From the NCBI GenBank assembly GCA_016748015.1, contig JAAOMT010000740.1, positions 1 to 6,063 on the forward strand: 6,063 nucleotides of DNA, given 5' to 3'. Below are positions 1 to 6,063 of this stretch, one piece after another. Each line of letters begins with the position of its first letter. Position 1 is the first letter of the stretch. The DNA comes from Geosiphon pyriformis uo1 (lineage: Eukaryota > Fungi > Glomeromycota). The notes beneath the pieces are model-generated. The model made no database searches. It was not told the origin of the DNA and saw only the letters and a list, made by a program, of their open reading frames with translations. Made by a program: the position numbers and the translations under genes.

Positions 1-91
1 CCCCCCCCCCCCCCTCTTTAAGGTATCCCCTATTGTCCCCCAAGGATCACTAATCATACACAAGTTTGGGATTTGGGTACCAAATACTATT

Positions 92-280
92 ATGTGGGAT
101 CATGGTATTTACTGGGGTTATCAACATACTCCTGCCAACTACTTGGGTATGGGGGATGGACCTGCAGTTATTTATCCCTTACTCCCTTACACTACTTGTG
201 ATACCCGTAGTAGTTGGACACTCCAACTGCACGTGTATTGGTGGGATTTACTTCTCTTGAACATCCCCATGCCATTCCCC
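92..280 (+). pseudogene. Possible RT domain-1 remnant
   Basis: ORF 92..400 begins IYWGYQHTPANY...VIYPLL (cf. IYKKGD..TPANYRPI.....YKLL). Single weak motif. Confidence 0.2.
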
Positions 281-330
281 CATAAAATCCCCATACCAAT
301 ACTTGTGGGTACCATACTTTTGTCCTGGGA

Positions 331-353
331 CCCCCCCCACCCCCCCCCCACCC
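331..353 (-). other. Potential G-quadruplex (plus-strand C8-A-C10-A-C3)
   Basis: Read directly from the sequence; folding is inferred. Confidence 0.45.
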
Positions 354-540
354 GGGCTCTGGGGTTTTGTAGGTTGGATTTATATGGGATTTTGTACTAG
401 AGTAGGGGGACAATATAGGCAACCACAGGGGTTAGGGGACTTGTTTTGTTAGGCACAATGGGAACCTTTGTAGGATCTATGGCGCAAGCGCCTTATTGGG
501 TACTCGCCATTAGTTTTGTGGTGTTAGGTAAGAGGGAGCA

Positions 541-726
541 TTACAGGCTTTTGAGAGCGATACCCTCATAAGGTAAGGACTTGCACTGCTTAAAATCAGC
601 TCGTGAGATTATCTGTGACCCCTTTCTGAAGCCGAACATCCTGGATACCTGGTATCCTACAACTGGTTGGGGACAAGGACCTTTTTTACAATGGATCCAT
701 ACCCGTTTAGTTTGGGTGGTGGCCAA
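541..726 (-). pseudogene. Possible collapsed RT remnant
   Basis: The ORF contains CKKGP, FGFRKG and ADFKQCKSLPYE, resembling RT domains 1, 2 and 3 in order but at far too short spacing. May be chance. Confidence 0.22.
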
Positions 727-1030
727 GTACCCCTATTGTGAGATTGGATCACATCCTGGATCCCTTTGGCTCCTAATCAACCTTTAAATGCAGGGGGCTT
801 TAAGCCCAAGTACTCTGCGAGTTTAATAGCACTTGTTGACCAACCCCCCCCCCCTTACTATTGTACAAGTGTCCACAAGTCTCCCTATACTGCACAAATT
901 GGGATTTGGTTTGGGACCCAAAACCCACTAAGTAGGTGTATGGGTTTGTAAAAGTACCCAGCATCAAATCCTATGAGACCCTTTGTTGGGCTATTTGGTA
1001 TTGGGATAAATACCCAAGTCTTGTTTACCA

Positions 1031-1052
1031 CCCCCCCGGATGGAGCGTGTGG
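1031..1052 (+). repeat. Imperfect direct repeat, copy 1 (copy 2 at 3855-3874)
   Basis: CCCCCCCGGATGGAGCGTGTGG versus CCCCCCCGGA-GG-GCGTGTGG: identical except for two 1-nt indels. Confidence 0.6.
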
Positions 1053-1090
1053 ACCCCCCCCCCCTTCTTGGACCTGATAAAGGTAAGCAT

Positions 1091-2000
1091 TTAGAGGTAC
1101 CTAAATCTGATGTGCTCAAGTACTACGACTCCTTTACTTTTATGGCATTTTGCTATCCCACTCTGCACATATCCTATTACCCTTTGTATTTGAGGTATAA
1201 TAGCTAGGGTATTCAATGGCTTCCACCCGATTTGTATCCCCAAATACTTTAGCGCCTCCCCCCTTATATTGGATGAGATACCTTGGGTACCTTGATTGTT
1301 AGCTCTCACATTTTGTATGATTAGCTATCCCCCAATAGACTGGGACCTTACTCTATCCCGCCAACTATAAGCTTATCCTGCACAATTCTACAATAGTAGT
1401 TGGTATACCTATGATATTACCTGGACTTAAAGCTTTCCCCAAACCTTTGTTTTTACAAGACTTGCTAGATACCCATTTAGTTTGATTTATGTGCAAATAA
1501 GTGCTCCCCCCCTCTTTAATCTAACCATATGGTATCCTGAGGCACCCAATCACTTTTAGTTGCTCTCCCTATAAGACGCACGTTATTTTAGCTATACGCA
1601 TGGGTTGACTGCTAATTACTTGGGACCTATATATGCTATCCAATTGTATAAGTTAAGGAACCTCTGTATACGCGAACCCTTTTACCTTTATAGCTCCAAC
1701 TGGGTAAGCTCTCACAAACTATTGGTACTTTCAGAGACCTATTTTCAGCTATCCCCTTATGGATCCTTGTAAGGAAGAGCCCCAATCAATAGCTATACAC
1801 GACAAAGCTATAATTCGCTACTATTGCTCTTTACACTCTTGAAGCTGAGAGGTTACCTTGCATATCTATTCTTCCACTCCTTAATGGCACCCTTCTTTAT
1901 AGTAGTGCGACACCCTTATACCTTAAAGCAACCTCTAGTGGTGCTCTAACCCGGGGACCTTGATCAAATAAGCATTACCATATCCCCAGGACTCCTACCA
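1091..2000 (-). pseudogene. Degenerate non-LTR (LINE) reverse transcriptase, relic A; domains 0-3 and 7 recognisable, domains 4-5 apparently deleted
   Basis: Minus-strand motifs occur in the expected order across stops and frameshifts: GRSPGD 1999-1982 (cf. K-S/A-PG-x-DG), VALL/KKGAIKEWKN 1911-1868 (cf. LLYKKGD..E.KNYRP), *KGSRIQR 1684-1661 (cf. Q.GFR..R), KSDWVPQDTIW 1557-1525 (cf. KAFDSVPH..IW) and EALKYLGIQI with KYLG at 1249-1238 (domain 7; inside ORF 1091..1309). No QG or YADD motif was found. Confidence 0.7.
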
Positions 2001-2070
2001 ATACCCTGATGACCAGACCTGATGCTATACTTACTCAGCTAACCCGGCTATCCCTATAAGCACAACCATT

Positions 2071-2112
2071 TTGATTATTGATTATTGATTATTGATGATT
2101 TCTTATTGATTG
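2071..2112. repeat. Heptamer tandem repeat (TTGATTA)n, ~3.7 perfect copies plus a degenerate extension
   Basis: TTGATTA x3 at 2071-2091, TTGAT at 2092-2096, then GATTTCTTATTGATTG to 2112. Confidence 0.9.
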
Positions 2113-2819
2113 GGGTCACACATTGGAGTAGTTAGATACTTGCAATACCTGAGAGCATATCCCCTTAGGGACCGGGACCCTTTTTTACAAGTACCTTGTT
2201 GGCTCCCCAAGAAGGCTTATTACTACAATGAATACTTCATGCTGTTCAGGAGTAATCTGCTCCCCTTTTTACTGCTGCTACAATAGCTTACCCTAATGGC
2301 TCTCACGTGCACCATCTATGCCAATACCACTATAACTGATTGGACAGGATGGATCCCCCCATAAAGCTAGAGACCTTTACTAACGTATATGCCAAGTAGG
2401 TACTTTCTGACCCTTTTAAGTCTTCTGGCTTTACCAGGAGTCAATCTGACTTTTACAAGGATTGGTACTCGACATCCCATGAGAGCTGGGGGCTAATAAG
2501 CACCATGAGGGATCCAAAGCATAAACACCCTTTACAAGACCCTATGATATACCATTAACAGTACCTTATTGCTACATAATATACCTTGCCTGCTTTACTA
2601 TGGTAATGGATGCTTACCAGTTTTAGACCTATTCTACCTGCTTTGACCCTGAATAGTATGCTTATACCCATCCTATTCATAGCCAGCTATACCAAATACC
2701 AATCAAAGCTTATCCACTGCTACTACTTTGCATAAATATGGGGACTCTATAGCTGAGAACCATGGACTCTCCCCCGTATAGAGCTTGCCAGCTCTAAAAT
2801 TGAGCTACATTAGGGATTA

Positions 2820-3400
2820 TACCCTCATGGCTAAGGAAGCTCACCTTACATAGCACCCTGTACTTCCTCATGCACTGCTGCCATAAGCTGACTAAGCTCT
2901 ACATTATAAGGATTGTCAGCTTATCCCTAAGCTCTCCCCATTTAAAGGGAGGGTTAGTATCTTGCTTTAACACCTGAGGAGTGGTGGGGGAGTATTGCTG
3001 ACCCCTAATGAAACCCAGTATCCCAAGATCCCCCTTGTAGATCGTGCTACAGTGGCTCAATGACAAGCTCTAACCATATAGGCTATTTTGCCGCATAACC
3101 TGCTTTGGTATTGCACCCCTGGATAGTAAGCTCCCCTTGGTTTTATGAAAGGAATGCGAACCAATTAGTATTCGAACTCTGCAAGAAGCCTTCCTAGAAA
3201 TTGGTCCTGCTAGATGGGGTTGGGAGATATTAAGCTATCCCTTTTGTAAGCTTTACTCTATTGCATTTGATTGCTCCCCCCCCCCTTACCATTGCAGATG
3301 ACTGTTATGAGTAGATCCTTAGCGAACAGTGTCTTTAGGCATTCACTGGGGACCCTTTGGCCACCCCCCCCATAGTGCCTCATATAACCATAAGAATTTT
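2820..3400 (-). pseudogene. Degenerate APE-type endonuclease domain of the same LINE ORF2 (relic A)
   Basis: Minus-strand motifs are colinear: GGVA 3370-3359, GAYYP 3134-3120 (cf. N/G.YAP), IYKGDLG 3042-3022 (cf. GDFN) and FLSH 2838-2827 (cf. SDH). The distance from the SDH-like motif to RT domain 0 (~650-830 nt) fits the APE-RT linker of LINE ORF2. Composition is uniform over 1090-3560. Each motif is short and mutated. Confidence 0.45.
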
Positions 3401-3579
3401 ACCTAGAGCTCTTACCAATACTCTTACTCTCCCTTATGATTCCCACATAGCTATCCCCATACATATGCGATACGAGGTACAAGGAGACTTACTATTGACT
3501 ACTACCCCCCCCATAGCTGTACTTTACTGCTTGACCTACCTACTAAGCTAAAACAGGGCTATGTCTTGGATCCCTTTAG

Positions 3580-3800
3580 TAGCTACCCATTATTTACATA
3601 CATAGCTACCAATGCCAGGTATACAGGTACCCGGGCCATCCTCAATGGGTCCAATCCCCCTATCAAGTACCAGTCTTTGACCCGTACATCTACTAACCAT
3701 ACCATAGTCAATGGTAAGTTCATGACTTGGGCGGGGGTTATGGGGGATACAACCTGTGGGATAAGGTTTGAGCCCTGCTTGGGGGATGGTTGGGATACCC
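3580..3800 (+). pseudogene. Possible RT fragment (domains 3-4), opposite orientation to its neighbours
   Basis: ORF 3566..3847 contains LFTYIATNA (cf. LFxDIxKA), AILNGSNPPIKY, TIVNGKF and GVMGDTTCGIRFEPCL (cf. GVxQGDxLSxxLFxxCL) in the right order, with spacing shorter than canonical. Confidence 0.35.
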
Positions 3801-3850
3801 ATGGTGTGTGGGGAGCTTGTGGTTTGGGATACCTTGGTTTTGAGTAGTGA

Positions 3851-4035
3851 CCCCCCCCCCCGGAGGGCGTGTGGGGGGGGAGGCAGGCCTATGGCCGGCC
3901 GATGAGTGGGCTATCGCCCCGGGAGGGGGCCGGAGGTTGCGGCGGAGGCGTGGAAGGCTTTGATTGGTATGCGCGGGGGGCGGCACCCCGGGCGGGCCCA
4001 GGGCCCTAGCTGATGGCCGTAGGCCCCCCCCCCCC
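3851..4035. other. CpG-rich, GC-rich island with subterminal inverted repeats (MITE-like or regulatory)
   Basis: 16 CpG in 3861-4020 against 3 in bases 1-480 (hand counts). G8 (3873-3880) plus GGCCTATGGCC (3886-3896) pairs with GGCCGTAGGCC (4015-4025) plus C12 (4024-4035), a 10/11 match in the core. Confidence 0.6.
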
Positions 4036-4079
4036 TCAGAATGCCCCCCCAACCTGAGGCCCCCCCCCCCCCAACCCCC
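4024..4079 (-). other. Potential G-quadruplex / i-motif (plus-strand C12, C7, C13, C5)
   Basis: Four long C runs within 56 bp give G runs on the minus strand. Interspersed CCTCAG/CTGAGG inverted hexamers at 4034, 4054 and 4081. Confidence 0.55.
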
Positions 4080-4239
4080 TCCTCAGTAAATGGACACTAC
4101 TTTTGTACAACTGTACCTCCCCAAGTATTGGATGATCCTGGCGCTGGGGCGGATAGAGGTCTGCGGCGTTTGGTGCTCCCCAGTCCTTCCCGGCGTGGGA
4201 ACCCCATTGGAGTAAGAATTGAGTATTGGGGATTTCTTA

Positions 4240-5540
4240 TATGATATGATCCCTTTGAGACAGCTGGGTTGTGGATGATTGTCTATGGTTGTATGTGTCT
4301 TGAACGTTGTGTTGGTACAAGTTTGGTGGGAAGTGACGGTTTGGTGGCGAAGCCTTGATGGAGGTTTGAAATGGTTGTGAATGTTGTGTTTGATTTGTGG
4401 TTAGGGAGCTTGTTGGGTACCTTTTGTACTCAATGGGTACTATGTGTAAAGTGGTGGTCATTGGGTAATGGTTGTTGGTCCTGGTGTTTGGATTGGTGTG
4501 GTCCTGGGTACCCTTGTAAAGCCTTGTTGGGTAAAGCTTTTGGGGCCACATTTGGGGGTATTTGTAACTGTACCTTTTGTGGTTTTGCTTGGTAGGGACC
4601 CCCTTGGTAGACACAGGACTACTAGTACCCATAATTATTGGAGATCCTATCCTTGGTTGTGGGGAGTGGGATTTTATATGATATTGTGTTTGTTGATGGT
4701 TACAGTTAGGGTTGAATTGAGGGAGGGGACCTACAGCAACTGCATGATCTCAATAAACGATCTAAACCTACCCCCTAAAATGGAGTAGTTCTTCAACTTA
4801 GTCAGTTGGGAGGACATTAAGGCTCTGGTTCACGGGTAGGATGGTTGTTTTGGGACTTTGGGCGTGGAGTTCTTCTAAATAAGTCCCGACTCATAGTGGT
4901 CCCATTTGTGGTATAAAATAGTTCAGTAGGATGGAGTTTGGTACAAAGGGGTGTTTGGGGATGGTAGATGGTTTTGGCGTACAAGTGGAGGTCAGGTTTT
5001 GGGGACCCCCTTTTTATCCCCACCACCCTCATGGAAGGGCACCCCCCCTTAGAGTACTCAGTTACTTACTATTTTGTATTAGGTATTAGGGGAGTAGTGG
5101 TATTTTGTGGAAGTTAGTGGTTGGGTTGGATGGTGTACCTTGGTTTGTTAGTATGGTGGCCTTGGTACCCTGGATATGGTTGCCATCTTGGGTCCACCAC
5201 TCGGTGATCTTGAAGTTTAGTACCATATGGTTGGGTATTGGAGTTTAGGGATTTGGGTCTCACAGTGGTTTTTATACCCAGTAGTACCCCCCATGGTCCA
5301 CAAGGGGATGGCGAGCTCATTGTCCCCCAATGGTTTGTCCCCTTATTTTAGGCCTGGTACCACTTTGTGTATTTGGAGGGTGGGTTGGGTACTTGTATTT
5401 GGATGGGGAGGTACCTGATGGTAGTGATCTATTTGGCACTATTTGTCCACACAATGGGTAGGGAATACCCTGTTGACAGGTGATGTGATATAGGACGTTA
5501 CTTTGGAGTATTTGGGTTCCCGCCTGTATACACACAACTC
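4240..5540 (-). mobile_element. LINE retrotransposon relic B: degenerate RT domains 1-7 plus thumb region
   Basis: Minus-strand motifs: YTGGNPNTPK*RPIS 5530-5486 (cf. YKKGDP..P.NYRPIS), QSGTRPK 5367-5347 followed by frameshifted KGTNH (cf. Q.GFRP.KGT.DH), LNFK 5220-5209 (cf. LDFKKAFD) followed by ILTNQGTP, GIKRGSP 5020-5000 (cf. GIKQGCP), FYTTN 4918-4904 at the YADD position and LQ*LWV 4643-4626 (cf. FKYLGV). Domains 1 and 4 are in the same frame ~160 codons apart, the usual spacing. The coding strand is A/C-rich. Confidence 0.68.
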
Positions 5541-5558
5541 TTTGGAGACCGCACCATT

Positions 5559-5790
5559 GGATCCCCACAACCACCAACCATAGACCATCACAAACCTCCC
5601 AATAAAACCCCCAATCCCCCCATCCACCATCCCCATCAACCACCATCACTCACAATACCACCATCCTAAACCTACTAGACATCCCAAGTACATGACTAAC
5701 TAGACCATACCTACTAGACCTGACCAACTCTACCAATATACCCATACCCTCAACTTTGACTATAAACCCGACCAGAAATACAATCCCCTT
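5559..5790 (+). other. A/C-rich block inverted relative to its flanks; possible RT domain-1 remnant
   Basis: Abrupt switch from G/T-rich to A/C-rich plus strand at ~5530-5560 and back at ~5795. It begins GAT CCC CAC AAC C ACC AAC CAT AGA CC ATC ACA AAC CTC, which reads DPHN-TNHR-ITNL (cf. GDP..PTNYRPIT.L) with two small deletions. Confidence 0.3.
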
Positions 5791-5849
5791 TAAGTGTGGG
5801 TCAGTCATTGGGATCCCATGGTATTGGTAACCCCCCCTTTTACTGTATC

Positions 5850-6035
5850 GGTTGTGTGAAGGAGATAGTTTGGGATTGGTTTGGTCCCGTTTGGGACTTG
5901 GTAAAGGGTTGGTTGAGTAAGGGTTTGGTGGAGTACTTGGACTGGTTGTACACCTGGGTTTGTTGTACTTGTTGGGGATCCCGACCCTGCGATCCACCAT
6001 TGAAATAACTGTTGTGAACACGGTAGGATATTGGT
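5850..6035 (-). pseudogene. Possible RT fragment (domains 3-4)
   Basis: Minus strand reads YPTV...DRRVGIPNKY (cf. AYDTV...L.R.GIP.K), then frameshifted VYNQS...PFTKSQTGPNQSQTIS (cf. LY...PF....GVKQG.TIS). A/C-rich like relic B. Low complexity weakens the match. Confidence 0.3.
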
Positions 6036-6063
6036 TTACCCCCCCCCCCTTGTTTTTGGCCCC

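Larger units (their letters stand above)
1090..3560 (-). mobile_element. LINE (APE-RT) retrotransposon relic A, 3'-truncated shortly after the RT domain
   Basis: Combination of the APE and RT motif series above. The block is compositionally homogeneous (A/G-rich on the minus strand, AGCT-rich) and stop-ridden in all frames. Boundaries are approximate. Confidence 0.6.

Noticed and set aside
1483-1548. WVPQDT as GVPQGS (domain 4) and LFAHK as LFADD (domain 5)
   Set aside because: Only ~14 codons apart, where 30 or more are expected. The position fits domain 3 (DSVPH..IW) better.
2071-2112. Telomeric repeat or CRISPR-like array
   Set aside because: Fewer than four perfect heptamer copies, internal position and no spacers.
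1090-3560. Intact gene under an alternative genetic code (stop-codon reassignment)
   Set aside because: Motifs fall in different frames and all three stop codons occur, indicating frameshifted decay rather than recoding.
3738-4052. Pro/Gly/Arg-rich 104-aa ORF across the GC island
   Set aside because: Open only because GC-rich sequence lacks stop codons; no recognisable motif.
1090-5540. Prokaryotic RT system (retron, DGR, group II intron) or LTR/DIRS element
   Set aside because: No intact RT or YxDD, operon structure, TR/VR pair, LTRs, integrase or tyrosine recombinase motif. The PG.DG, KKG..NYRP and KYLG motifs plus APE-like motifs point to eukaryotic non-LTR elements.
5670-5719. Direct repeat ACCTACTAGAC at 5670 and 5709
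   Set aside because: Only 11 bp in low-complexity A/C-rich sequence; not interpretable.
66-6021. ORF-track ORFs (61-131 aa) as real genes
   Set aside because: They are short, overlapping and compositionally biased (W/G/V-rich or T/P/N/H-rich), often start at TTG or GTG, and have no coherent domain. They are open stretches of decayed TE sequence or its antisense strand.
1-6063. Assignment to a specific host taxon
   Set aside because: CpG depletion, C/G runs and LINE debris suggest a repeat-rich eukaryote, but nothing in the window is diagnostic of lineage.

Overview
No intact protein-coding gene, RNA gene or CRISPR array is supportable, and the ORF-track entries are short chance or relic ORFs. 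The window reads as old, CpG-depleted, probably eukaryotic repetitive DNA built from heavily decayed non-LTR (LINE-type) retrotransposon remnants. Two relics are reasonably clear from colinear motifs read by hand across stops and frameshifts: relic A on the minus strand (~3400->1090, APE endonuclease plus RT) and relic B on the minus strand (~5540->4240, RT domains 1-7 plus thumb). Several weaker RT fragments lie in both orientations. Between the two relics is a ~185-bp CpG-rich, inverted-repeat-bounded island. Other unusual properties are a 17:1 strand bias of long C runs over G runs and a strong excess of short palindromes. I found no intact novel system; the island and the mutational and structural signatures are the best leads. 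All motif calls are by-eye alignments and need profile-HMM confirmation.
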